A DNA stretch of 64,000 bases from Roseibacillus sp. GTDB taxonomy: Bacteria; Verrucomicrobiota; Verrucomicrobiia; Verrucomicrobiales; Akkermansiaceae. The position numbers and the translations under genes were made by a program. Shown piece after piece: positions 1 through 9,498 of the stretch. The stretch is from assembly GCA_051251855.1 (NCBI GenBank), contig JBPOGI010000001.1:896001-960000 (forward strand). Reading direction: 5' to 3'. Below the pieces are notes generated by a model. It saw nothing but the letters and a program-made list of their open reading frames with translations, was not told the DNA's origin and searched no databases. The first letter of the stretch is position 1, and each line of letters begins with the position of its first letter.

Positions 1-69
1 GAGCTTACCCCCTATTTGAGTGAAAAAAAACTGCAAAGCCTCCTGAAATGAGGCGGTATTTAAAAAACG

Positions 70-3000
70 ATGAGAAAACTGATATTGGCGATAATCGCTG
101 TTGGACTTTTACCTGCGGCGCAGGGGCAATTGAGCTTCAAGGGCAAAGAGGGAGTTGGCAAAGGCAAGAAGATCGTCCTTTTGTCGGGTGACGAAGAGTA
201 TCGCTCGGAAGAGACAAATCCCATGCTGGGCAAAATTCTCAGCCAGCGCTTCGGATACGATTGCACGGTGCTGTTTTCAATGAGCGAGGACGGGAAGTAC
301 ATCGATTCGAACAATCAGAAAAGTATGGTCGGTATCGAAGAGCTGAAGGACGCCGACCTAATTATCATCGGGACACGCTATCGCCAACTCGATGACAATG
401 CGTATCAAATCTTAGCGGATTACCTGAACGCGGGTAAGCCCGTCATTGCCTATCGCACCGCAACCCATGCCTTCACTGGTAAAGGTGAGACGGACGGTTT
501 CCAATGGAAAAATTTCGGTCCCAAAATTGTGGGAGAAGGTTGGGTGAGCCACCATGGCAAGCACAAGGTCGAGGGAGCGCGAGGCGTGATTGAAGCCGCA
601 AACTCAGACCATCCGATTTTAACTGGTGTTCAGAATGTCTTCGGGCCTTCTGACGTTTACGGGGTCAATGCAGTGACTCCTGAGAATGCGACGATTCTGT
701 TGCGTGGGGAGGTAACCGAAACTCTTGCTTCTGATTCCAAGGCTGTTGCGGCCAAAAATGACCCCATGCAGCCACTGGCTTGGCTTCGGGAATACACCGC
801 GCCTAACGGTAAGACCAAAGGGAAAACCTTTGCCACTACGATGGGAGCTTCTGTCGACTTTCTGAACGAAGATTTGCGCCGAATGGTAGTCAATGCTTCT
901 ATTTTCCTGACGACTGGCGATGTTCCCAAGCAATCGGATGTCACTCCCATCGACGGATTTGCTCCGACTTTCTACAGCTTCATTAAGGATAAAAATTACT
1001 ACAAAAAGCGTAATCTTCAGCCTTCTGACTTTGCTCTTGGCAGCAATGCTTCGACCGGTCTTCCCAACGCTAATGTTCCTCAGGTTTGGAAGGACGAGCT
1101 GAAGAAGTCGGCCGCCGCGTCAGCTCCTGCTCCAGCAGCTGCTGTAGGTGAGGGTACTTCCTTGCCTCTTGAGGTGAAGGATGGCCAACGAATCGTTTTT
1201 GTCGGTAACGGCCTTGGTGATGGATTTCAGCGCAATGGTCATTTCGAGACCTTTCTTCAGACTGCTTTTACGGGTAAAGAGTTGGTAGTGCGGAACCTTT
1301 GCCATCCTGGCTTCACTGCTGGCTTCCGTCCTCATCCTTCTCGCAAATCTCAGTGGGCTTTTCCTGGCGCGGAGGCGTTTCGACCCGAGTTCAAGCCCCA
1401 CAAAGGAAATGGCCACTATCCCACCGAAGATGAATGGCTTGGGACTTTGAAGGCGGATACTGTGCTTGGATTCTTTGGGTTCAATGAGTCCTTCGATGGT
1501 AAGGCTGGACTTGAGCCTTTCGAAGGCGAGTTGAGCGCTTGGATCGACCATACTCGCACTCAGAAATACAACGGAGAGTCCGCTCCACATATCGTTTTGG
1601 TGGCGCCGATTGCTCCCGAAACTTGGGTTGAAAACTATGAGGATCGAGTTCTCGCTCTGACTGACTACACCGCGGCGATGGCCAAGGTCGCTACCGAAAA
1701 AAAGGTAGCCTTCGTCAATCTCTTCGAGATGACCAAGCAGTCAGCTGAGCTCGGTGGTTCAGCAGTAAAAACTCCCTACGGTGTCTTTCCAGGTGAGGAA
1801 GGGTATCGCTGGTTGGGACGCGAGCTGGTGACTCAGGTTTTTGCTGGTAAGGGCTTTGAGAAAGGACCGTTGCAGGATGTGCAAAATGCGGTGATGAACA
1901 AGAACTGGCACTGGATGAACGACTATCGCATGCCGAACGGTGTTCATGTCTATGGTCGTCGTTATAAGCCATTTGGTCCCGACAACTATCCAGATGAGAT
2001 TAAGAAGAATCGCGAAATGACCGAGATTCGCGATCAAGCAATTTGGGCGGTTGCAGAAGGACGCGAGTTCGATGTTGCAGCAGCTGATGCCAAGACGACT
2101 CAGCTCAAACCCATCAAGACCAACTACAAGCCGAGCGTGAAGAACGGCTCGATGGAATACAAATATGGCGACGATGCAGTAGCGAGTTTGAAGATGGCCG
2201 ATGGCTTTAAGGTTGAGCTTTTTGCGGACGAGCGTCAGTTCGAGAATTTAGCCAATCCGGTTCAAGTGGCCTTCGACAATAAAGGTCGTCTTTGGGTGGC
2301 CACGATGCCGAGCTACCCTCATTACCGTCCAGGTGATGCCTATCCTGACGATAAGATTCTGATTTACGAGGACACCGATGGTGATGGCAAGGCGGATAAG
2401 GAGACTGTGTTCGTTGAGAATATCGACCTTCCTATGGGCTTCGAAATTACTGACCACGGGGTTTACGTGTCACAGGCGCCACATCTTGTTCTCATGAAGG
2501 ACACCGATGGTGATGACAAGTGCGACACTCGTGAAATTGTGATGACCGGCTTCGACCATCACGATACCCACCACGCCGTGAGCGCATTCTGCGCGGATCC
2601 TTCAGGTGCGTTTATTCTCTCCGAGGGTGTGTTCCTCCATTCTAATACTGAGACCATGCGTGGACCTGTTCGCGGAGTTGATGGTGGTTTCTACCGTTAT
2701 GACCCCCGCCTTAAGCGTCTTGAGCGTAAAGTGCAGGTTTCAATCCCGAACCCTTGGGGAGTTGCTTACGATAAGTGGGGACAGGACTTCTTCCTTCACA
2801 CCTCGGGAACGAAGGTGAACTGGATGATGCCCGTTTCTATGAAGACTCCTTATGGAGTTCAGAATCCAGGCACGATCGACTTGATTCCATCTAAGGAGCG
2901 AGTGCGTCCTACCTCTGGAATCGAATTTGTTTCGTCACGTCATTTTCCTGAGGAGATGGACGGCGACTTGTTGCTCTGTAACAACATTGGTTTCCTTGGC

Positions 3001-4197
3001 ATTAAGCAGCACCAAATCGAAGATGACGGCACAGGCTATAAGATTGTGAAGAGCCAGGACTTGCTTGTGTCGAGTGATGGTAACTTCAGACCTGTTGATT
3101 TGGAGTTCGCTCCTGACGGTTCTCTTTATGTTGCGGACTGGCACAACGTTCTGATTGGTCACATGCAGCACAATGCGCGCGATCCACATCGTGACCATGT
3201 TCATGGCCGTATCTATCGTATTACTGCAGATAAGCGTCCTCTGGTGAAGGTAGTGAAAGTAGATGGTGCTCCGATTGCCGATTTGCTTGAAAACCTCAAA
3301 GAGGAAGAATACCGCGTTCGCTACCGCACCCGCCGTGAATTGCGTGGACGCGATGCTGATGAGGTAGCTGCTGCTACGAAGTCTTGGGTTGCCAAGCAAT
3401 CCGATGAGCATGCTCGATTGGAAGGTCTCTGGGTTGGCTGGGGAATTGGTCAACTCGATGTTGAGTTGCTCAAGAGCTTGCTCCAGTCCGATGATTTCCA
3501 TGTTCGCGCTGCCGCTGTGAAGTGCTTGCGCTACAATGCGGATATTGTGTCCGAAACGGGTGATTTGCTTCTGGCTGCTGCTGGAGACGAGCATGGCCGT
3601 GTTCGCTTAGAGGCGACCGTCGCTGCCACTTGGATGGGTAAAGAAAAGGGACTCCCAGCTGCTGAGAAGGCCGCCTCTCTTCCTTTGGATGATTGGAGCA
3701 AAAAGCCCATCGAAACTTCCGTGGGTCGTTTGAAGGGTGAAGCTGAGATTGAGAATGCGGAACCGAAGGCGAAGATTCCTAGGCACCTTGCGAAGGAGTT
3801 CCGTGGCGCTTACAAAAAAGGTTTCGAGATTTATCACCGCGAAGGCTATTGTGGCACATGTCACCAAGACGATGGCAAAGGTCTGCCTGCTGCAGGGTTC
3901 CCGCCCTTGGCTGGGACAGAGTGGGTCAAGGGTGATCCTGAAGTCATGACCAAGATGGTTCTTCATGGTCTTATTGGACCTATTGAAGTCAATGGGGTGA
4001 AGTATCCAGGACAAGTGCCTATGACTCAGTTTGGTGGTCTTTTGAACGATGAGGAAGTGGCTGCCGTCATGACTTATGTTCGGAATTCCTTTGGTAATAA
4101 GGCTGCCCCAGTGAAGCCAAGTGATGTCAAAAAGGTGCGCGATGCCCATAAGGGACGCACTGACCTCTGGACTGTAGAGGAACTTCTCAAAAAGTAG
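70..4197 (+). CDS. Secreted multidomain PVC-type heme-binding protein (ThuA-like + SGNH-like + beta-propeller dehydrogenase-like + HEAT + cytochrome c)
   Basis: Signal peptide; ThuA-like N-terminus (GDEEYRSE, TMG); SGNH-like middle domain (IVFVGNG, GFFGFNES); propeller motifs (FRPVDLEFAPDGSLYVADW, HGRIYRI); HEAT-like repeats; C-terminal CGTCH heme motif. Confidence 0.85.
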   Translation: MRKLILAIIAVGLLPAAQGQLSFKGKEGVGKGKKIVLLSGDEEYRSEETNPMLGKILSQRFGYDCTVLFSMSEDGKYIDSNNQKSMVGIEELKDADLIIIGTRYRQLDDNAYQILADYLNAGKPVIAYRTATHAFTGKGETDGFQWKNFGPKIVGEGWVSHHGKHKVEGARGVIEAANSDHPILTGVQNVFGPSDVYGVNAVTPENATILLRGEVTETLASDSKAVAAKNDPMQPLAWLREYTAPNGKTKGKTFATTMGASVDFLNEDLRRMVVNASIFLTTGDVPKQSDVTPIDGFAPTFYSFIKDKNYYKKRNLQPSDFALGSNASTGLPNANVPQVWKDELKKSAAASAPAPAAAVGEGTSLPLEVKDGQRIVFVGNGLGDGFQRNGHFETFLQTAFTGKELVVRNLCHPGFTAGFRPHPSRKSQWAFPGAEAFRPEFKPHKGNGHYPTEDEWLGTLKADTVLGFFGFNESFDGKAGLEPFEGELSAWIDHTRTQKYNGESAPHIVLVAPIAPETWVENYEDRVLALTDYTAAMAKVATEKKVAFVNLFEMTKQSAELGGSAVKTPYGVFPGEEGYRWLGRELVTQVFAGKGFEKGPLQDVQNAVMNKNWHWMNDYRMPNGVHVYGRRYKPFGPDNYPDEIKKNREMTEIRDQAIWAVAEGREFDVAAADAKTTQLKPIKTNYKPSVKNGSMEYKYGDDAVASLKMADGFKVELFADERQFENLANPVQVAFDNKGRLWVATMPSYPHYRPGDAYPDDKILIYEDTDGDGKADKETVFVENIDLPMGFEITDHGVYVSQAPHLVLMKDTDGDDKCDTREIVMTGFDHHDTHHAVSAFCADPSGAFILSEGVFLHSNTETMRGPVRGVDGGFYRYDPRLKRLERKVQVSIPNPWGVAYDKWGQDFFLHTSGTKVNWMMPVSMKTPYGVQNPGTIDLIPSKERVRPTSGIEFVSSRHFPEEMDGDLLLCNNIGFLGIKQHQIEDDGTGYKIVKSQDLLVSSDGNFRPVDLEFAPDGSLYVADWHNVLIGHMQHNARDPHRDHVHGRIYRITADKRPLVKVVKVDGAPIADLLENLKEEEYRVRYRTRRELRGRDADEVAAATKSWVAKQSDEHARLEGLWVGWGIGQLDVELLKSLLQSDDFHVRAAAVKCLRYNADIVSETGDLLLAAAGDEHGRVRLEATVAATWMGKEKGLPAAEKAASLPLDDWSKKPIETSVGRLKGEAEIENAEPKAKIPRHLAKEFRGAYKKGFEIYHREGYCGTCHQDDGKGLPAAGFPPLAGTEWVKGDPEVMTKMVLHGLIGPIEVNGVKYPGQVPMTQFGGLLNDEEVAAVMTYVRNSFGNKAAPVKPSDVKKVRDAHKGRTDLWTVEELLKK

Positions 4198-4206
4198 TCT
4201 CATCTC

Positions 4207-5226
4207 ATGGCTTGGAAATTACACAACGCGATGTGGCCCGGCTTGGTCGGGAAAGAGGTGGGCTCTGCGGAGCCTCCGATCAGCCTCGACCGTATGCTGG
4301 AGCTGACGACCAATAGTTCGGTCGCCGGCAGCAGTTATGATGGTGTTGATTTGTTTCTCTATCAGCCGCACCTCGATATCGATGCTCATGAAGATGAGAT
4401 CCGGAAGCTTGCGGACAAAGTCGCAGATGCGGGTTTGAAGGTGGGCACGGTAGTCGCTCCGATTTGGCCCGATACCGAAGGCGGTAGTGCCATGGGTTCT
4501 GCTGAAGAACGGACTCGTTTCGTGAACGCGGTGCGCAAAGGTTGTCGCTATGCCAAGGTTCTTCGTGAACATGGAGTGCGGGAGTATGGCAATATCCGCA
4601 TCGATTCAGCCTGCGGAGTTGAAGATTGGGCCAAGGACCCTGCGGCTCATACCAAGCTCATTGCTGATACTTTTTCAGAAGCGGCCAAGGTCGCAGAGGA
4701 GTTCGACGAAGTGCTCGTTGCTGAAGGCGAAATCTGCTGGGGCGGAATGCATTCGTGGAAAGATATGCTCGACCTACTCGAAGCGGTTGGAAAGCCGGGG
4801 CGGGTTGGTTTTCAAGCAGACCTTGCTCACACTTACCTCTATTTGTTGGGATATAATGCCCCTGAGCACGCCATGATTTCTGCTGGCCATACTGACGAAG
4901 AGTTCTATTCCGCCTATGCTGAAATGACTTCGAAGTTGGCTCCGTGGACCTATGATTTCCATGTCGCTCAGAATGATGGAACCGTCCATGGGACCGGCGC
5001 ACACGATAAGACTGGACGTCATTGTCCTGCCAATGATCCGAACGGGAAGTTGGATATCGTGAAGTGTTCCTCCTACTGGCTCCTTGATGAGCAGGGGAAT
5101 CAACGCCCAGAAATCGGTCACCTCTGTTGGGATGGATGCATGTTCTCCAATGAAACCTTGGAGCAGCAGCAGACTTGGAACGATATTTTGGAGGTGATGC
5201 AGCAGATCAACGTCGCTCATGGTTGA
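4207..5226 (+). CDS. Xylose-isomerase-like TIM barrel protein (sugar phosphate isomerase/epimerase)
   Basis: AP-endonuclease-2/TIM-barrel metal motifs ([18 protein letters not shown]). Confidence 0.8.
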   Translation: MAWKLHNAMWPGLVGKEVGSAEPPISLDRMLELTTNSSVAGSSYDGVDLFLYQPHLDIDAHEDEIRKLADKVADAGLKVGTVVAPIWPDTEGGSAMGSAEERTRFVNAVRKGCRYAKVLREHGVREYGNIRIDSACGVEDWAKDPAAHTKLIADTFSEAAKVAEEFDEVLVAEGEICWGGMHSWKDMLDLLEAVGKPGRVGFQADLAHTYLYLLGYNAPEHAMISAGHTDEEFYSAYAEMTSKLAPWTYDFHVAQNDGTVHGTGAHDKTGRHCPANDPNGKLDIVKCSSYWLLDEQGNQRPEIGHLCWDGCMFSNETLEQQQTWNDILEVMQQINVAHG

Positions 5227-5248
5227 TTAAGCGATTTTTAAAAGATGA

Positions 5249-5287
5249 GGCGAGGTTGGCGGTTTGATCGCCAACCTCGCCATTTTT
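5249..5287 (+). terminator. Intrinsic terminator
   Basis: Perfect 13-bp stem ggcgaggttggcg/cgccaacctcgcc followed by attttt, just after the stop at 5226. Confidence 0.8.
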
Positions 5288-5499
5288 ATGGCCTCGGCTA
5301 ATCGGCTTTATGACGGAGTTGAGTTGGTAACAACTCCTCGGGCTGGAAGGATGAGGTGAACGCCAACTCAGCCCGCTTTGTCACCAAAGCGGCACCGTAA
5401 AAGGTTGATTTAGGTCTTAATTATTTTGCCAAACAGGGAGTTCCAGAGACGTATCCTTGTCAACGGAGCTCATCGTTCTCAGTCTATTAAAAATCACTC

Positions 5500-6348
5500 A
5501 TGAAAATCGGATTAAACATGCACTTGTGGTCGACCCACATCACGAGCGAACACTTTGGGGCCATTGAGGAATTGAAGACCATCGGCTATGATGGTGTGGA
5601 GGTGTTTTTGGCCAGCCCAGAGCGCTCAAGTTACGATGAGCTAGGAGCCTTTGCGAAGTCCATCGGCATTGAGGTGAACGGTTGCCTCGGTGTGGGGCCT
5701 GAACAGGATCCCATCTCGGAAGACCCTAAGATTCGTCAGGCGGCGCTCGATAAGCTCAAGGAGGCTATCGACAACATTCACGCTGCGGGAGGAAAGAATA
5801 TCTGTGGACCGTTTCACTCGGCCTTCGCCAATTTTTCGCGTAACTCGCCACAGGAATTCGAATACGAGCGCTCGGCTGAGGTTCTTCGCGAAGCGGGTGA
5901 GCATGCTAAGCAGGCGGGGGTGACTTTGACTCCCGAGTCGTTGAATCGTTTCGAGTGCTATTTGTGCAATACGATGGCTCAACTTCGTCATTTGGTCGAC
6001 TTGGTAGACCATCCCAATGTGCGTGGAATGTTCGATAGTCATCATGCTAACATTGAGGAGAAGTCTTTCACTGAGGCTATCGAAATTATTGCTCCAGTCA
6101 TGACTCATGTTCACATCAGCGAGAACGATCGAGGCACTCCCGGTGAAGGCCATATCGACTTTGATGAAATTTTCTCAGCGGTCGCGAAGACTGGCTATGA
6201 TGGCTATTATACCATCGAAGCTTTTTCTCGCGATGATGTCGACTTCGCCAATGCCATCAATGTTTGGCGCGACTATAATCCTCGCATGGATATTTGCCGC
6301 AATGGGTATCAGTTCGTCAAAGAGATGCACGCCAAGCACAACTCCTAG
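5500..6348 (+). CDS. D-tagatose/D-psicose 3-epimerase family protein
   Basis: ESLNRFE, DSHHANIEE, HVHISENDRGTPGEG and TIEAF motifs of ketose 3-epimerases. Confidence 0.85.
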   Translation: MKIGLNMHLWSTHITSEHFGAIEELKTIGYDGVEVFLASPERSSYDELGAFAKSIGIEVNGCLGVGPEQDPISEDPKIRQAALDKLKEAIDNIHAAGGKNICGPFHSAFANFSRNSPQEFEYERSAEVLREAGEHAKQAGVTLTPESLNRFECYLCNTMAQLRHLVDLVDHPNVRGMFDSHHANIEEKSFTEAIEIIAPVMTHVHISENDRGTPGEGHIDFDEIFSAVAKTGYDGYYTIEAFSRDDVDFANAINVWRDYNPRMDICRNGYQFVKEMHAKHNS

Positions 6349-6354
6349 TCTGCT

Positions 6355-7170
6355 ATGAAAATAAAATTTGGAAACGAGTGTTACACCTGGTTCATGAAGG
6401 AATCGGGTGCTTATTGGGAAAATAAGCTGGACCACATGATTGAGGTTACGGCGAAGGCGGGGATGACGGGTATCGAGCCCATTTTTCCATGGATGGGCGA
6501 CTTGGCTGATCCGGGGCTTTTGGCAGAGAGCTTGCAGAAGCACGGCGTCGAACTTTCGGCTATCGCCTTTGTGGAAGACTGGAATCATCCTGAGGAAACG
6601 GAGGCCGAGAAAGAGAGTGCAGCTAGGGCCATTGAGTTGCTGAAGCATTTTCCTGGAGCGGTTCTTTGCACCGTGCAGATGCCGACGGGGCGTCATGACT
6701 TGGAGCAACGCCGCAAGAATCTTGTCGCCAACGTGAACGCAGTTTCACGTCGTGCCACGGACGCGGGTATCAAATGCAGTTTTCATCCTAACTCTCCCGA
6801 GACTTCCACCAATCGCACCGAGGAGGACTACAAAGTGATTCTCGAGGGCCTTGACTCTTCGGTGACAGGGTGGACTCCCGATGTGGGACACATCATCAAT
6901 GGCGGGATGGACCCGCTTTCTAAAATGAAGGAGTATGCGCACTTGATTAATCACGTCCACTACAAGGATTGGGATGGGAACCCAGAGTTTGCTTTGATGG
7001 GACAGGGGAAAGTTGACCTCGTCGCCGTGACACAGTGGTTGAAGGATCGTGATTACGATGGTTGGGTCATTTGCGAAGACGAAGCTCCTCGCGCAGTGGA
7101 CGATCCCGATGGCGTGACTTTGCACGACGGTCAATGGATTCGGGAAACTTTGATTCCTTCTCTCACATAG
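6355..7170 (+). CDS. Sugar phosphate isomerase/epimerase (IolE inosose-dehydratase-like)
   Basis: FHPN, PDVGH, HVHYKD, GQGKVD and YDGWVICE motifs. Confidence 0.75.
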   Translation: MKIKFGNECYTWFMKESGAYWENKLDHMIEVTAKAGMTGIEPIFPWMGDLADPGLLAESLQKHGVELSAIAFVEDWNHPEETEAEKESAARAIELLKHFPGAVLCTVQMPTGRHDLEQRRKNLVANVNAVSRRATDAGIKCSFHPNSPETSTNRTEEDYKVILEGLDSSVTGWTPDVGHIINGGMDPLSKMKEYAHLINHVHYKDWDGNPEFALMGQGKVDLVAVTQWLKDRDYDGWVICEDEAPRAVDDPDGVTLHDGQWIRETLIPSLT

Positions 7171-7188
7171 TTTCACACCTAAAAACAG

Positions 7189-7989
7189 ATGCCAAAATTA
7201 TCAACCAACGGAATCGAGATGCACTACGAAGTGCATGGCGAAGGGGAGCCTCTCATTTGTATCATGGGCATCACTGCCCCAGGAGAAGTCTGGGAAGATC
7301 ACGTGAAAGTTTGGAGCCAAAGTTATCAGTGTATTACGCCGGATAACCGCGGAGTCGGACTTAGTGATAAGCCTGAAGGAGAATACACGAGCGCGATGAT
7401 GGCGGATGATTATGCCGGTCTCATGGATGCTCTCGGTATCGAGAAGGCAAGTGTGGTTGGTTGCTCCATGGGCAGTATTATCGCTCAGCAATTGGCGTTA
7501 AGGCATCCCGAGAAGGTGAAGAACGTGGTGCTGATGTGTTCTTGGGCTCGTTGTGATGCTTATGCGAAATCAGTTTTTGGTCATATTGAAACGCTCAAAG
7601 CGAAGGTGACTCCTGCGGAGTTTATGGAGTATATTCAGCTCCTCATCTTTAACAAGAGAAGCTGGGATGACGCTGATACTTTGTCCTCGATGGTTCAAGG
7701 AAGACAGGAAGCTTTGGAGAATGAGAATCCACAGCCTCTCCACGGACTTGTCGGGCAGGCGGCGGCTTGTGTGAACCACGATGTCTACGATCAGCTGGGA
7801 AGTATTCAGGCACCTTGTCTCGTGATTGGTGGTGAAGACGATATTTTTACTCCGCGCTGGATGTCGGATGAGATTCATGCCGCACTGCCGAACAGTCAGC
7901 TGTATCTTTATCCAAAATCGGGTCACGCTTTTCACTGGGAGAATCTGGAAGACTTCAATCAGCGGGTTTTGGATTTTGTGAGCGAGTAA
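7189..7989 (+). CDS. Alpha/beta fold hydrolase
   Basis: DNRGVG, nucleophile elbow GCSMG, GGEDD, GHAF. Confidence 0.9.
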   Translation: MPKLSTNGIEMHYEVHGEGEPLICIMGITAPGEVWEDHVKVWSQSYQCITPDNRGVGLSDKPEGEYTSAMMADDYAGLMDALGIEKASVVGCSMGSIIAQQLALRHPEKVKNVVLMCSWARCDAYAKSVFGHIETLKAKVTPAEFMEYIQLLIFNKRSWDDADTLSSMVQGRQEALENENPQPLHGLVGQAAACVNHDVYDQLGSIQAPCLVIGGEDDIFTPRWMSDEIHAALPNSQLYLYPKSGHAFHWENLEDFNQRVLDFVSE

Positions 7990-7990
7990 A

Positions 7991-8056
7991 GGAGCAGGGA
8001 TATTCCTGTCCCTGAAAACTGCCGAGATACACAAAGACAGGATTGACCCCTGCTCC
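7991..8056. repeat. REP-like inverted doublet (GGAGC-headed) next to the RAYT gene
   Basis: ggagcagggatattcctgtccctg (7991-8014, internal hairpin) and an imperfect reverse complement gacaggattgacccctgctcc (8036-8056), lying between convergent genes. Confidence 0.65.
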
Positions 8057-8087
8057 TGCCTGCGAGGGTTGACCCTTATGTCCCATG

Positions 8088-9311
8088 TCAGCGCTGTAGA
8101 GAGGATTGTTTGTAGCTTTGAAAATCTCGCACCGTGAAAAGTTGGTGCTTGAGAGGTGAGAGTGCGCCTCGGGGTTTGCGTGCGCCGGTTGTTCGGTTGG
8201 GGCCGAAGCGATGTTTGGATTTTTGGAAGAAGGAATCGACGAAGCCTTTGCTGCCAATCACCACTCCATCCGAAAAGTAGCGAATGCGATGTTGAATGAC
8301 CTTCGAAATCGCTAAGTCGCCCTTGCTGGTGTTGCTGGTGCTCTGATCAAGCGCCGCGAGTTCGCTCTCTGCTTTCTCCTTGTTCATTCCCTTCTTCACA
8401 ACCTTGGCCTTGAGAACCACTTCCTGTCCTGCTCTCAGAAGCAACTTGCGATACTCCTTCCCAATCCCACCCTGAGCCCAAGCATGCGCCGCACTGGAGA
8501 TTTTAATGTTCGATGCTGAGCGTTGACTGTGGGACGTTCCCAAAGCCCTCACCAACCCAGCTCGCGCCTTCTTGCCGCCTCCCATCGCCTCGCCATAACT
8601 CGACCAACGATACTCCGCTGGGTCCTCGACAATACCTGCTCTAACAGGATTCAAATCAATGTAAGCCGCCACAGTGCGAGAAGCGGTGCCATCCTGCACA
8701 ATCATGCTCTTGAATCTCTCCTCCCAAAGCCGCCCCGACCGATCCTGACTACGATTGAACCAACGTGTAAAACGCTGCAGCAGGTTCTTCATGAACTGGC
8801 TCAAATCGTTCATGCGATAAGTGTAACGCTCAAAAATACGCGAGACTTCCGCCCAATGCTTCGCTTCCTGTGCACGCAGGAGTTCCTTCTCAATCTCCCC
8901 AATCGCCGCATCAGAATAGAGCGCCTTGAGCCGCTGAAAAAATTCCTTCTCCTCCAAGACAATTCCAATCTCAGGCAAGTCAGCAGGGGAGACCCCTGGT
9001 CCTAACTCCTTCGCGCGTTCCTCCTGAGCTCGCAAAGCCGAACTCAACTCAACCTCGCGCCCATCCCGCAACCTCACCGCCCGAATCATCGGAGCCACCT
9101 CTAGGAGAATGTGAAAGTGATTGGACATCACGCAATAGGACAACACCTGACACCCCGAGAAGTTCTCCACCATGCGCATGAACATCTTGAACTTCTCCTT
9201 CTCCTCATCACCGAAAGCAAAGCGCCGATCCACCACGCGATTGATCACATGATAGATCGAGGGAGAGCGAGGGTCATCCTTCCAAGGATTCAGAAAACGA
9301 GGTTGAGCCAT
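8088..9311 (-). CDS. REP-associated tyrosine transposase (RAYT/TnpA-REP, IS200-like Y1 HUH)
   Basis: YHVINR, YCVMSNHFHIL (HUH), GRLWEERFKS, YIDLNPVRAG (catalytic Tyr), YRWSS; helical insertion after the HUH motif. Confidence 0.9.
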   Translation of the reverse strand: MAQPRFLNPWKDDPRSPSIYHVINRVVDRRFAFGDEEKEKFKMFMRMVENFSGCQVLSYCVMSNHFHILLEVAPMIRAVRLRDGREVELSSALRAQEERAKELGPGVSPADLPEIGIVLEEKEFFQRLKALYSDAAIGEIEKELLRAQEAKHWAEVSRIFERYTYRMNDLSQFMKNLLQRFTRWFNRSQDRSGRLWEERFKSMIVQDGTASRTVAAYIDLNPVRAGIVEDPAEYRWSSYGEAMGGGKKARAGLVRALGTSHSQRSASNIKISSAAHAWAQGGIGKEYRKLLLRAGQEVVLKAKVVKKGMNKEKAESELAALDQSTSNTSKGDLAISKVIQHRIRYFSDGVVIGSKGFVDSFFQKSKHRFGPNRTTGARKPRGALSPLKHQLFTVRDFQSYKQSSLQR

Positions 9312-9413
9312 GACGGGGAGCTTGAGATGGGGAATTCAACGGCGCAAGCGGTTTCTTAATAATTTGTCTGTCCAACTACGAGTGAGGTGAAAGAGAGTTT
9401 TCATGCGATGTTG

Positions 9414-9491
9414 ACTGCTAGGAATTTGCTTTTGGCGTGGGGTGCTTGAAGCCGCCTTTGGACCGGAGCGGATGGGGGAGAAAGGGGGTTG
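9414..9491. repeat. 78-bp direct repeat, copy 1
   Basis: Identical by eye to 12914-12991 (actgctaggaatttgc...gaaagggggttg). Confidence 0.95.
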
Positions 9492-9498
9492 GTGTGAG

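Noticed and set aside
8088..9311. Classical IS200/IS605 element with TnpB
   Set aside because: No tnpB; protein length and motifs (NPVRAG, YRWSS) fit RAYT rather than IS200 TnpA
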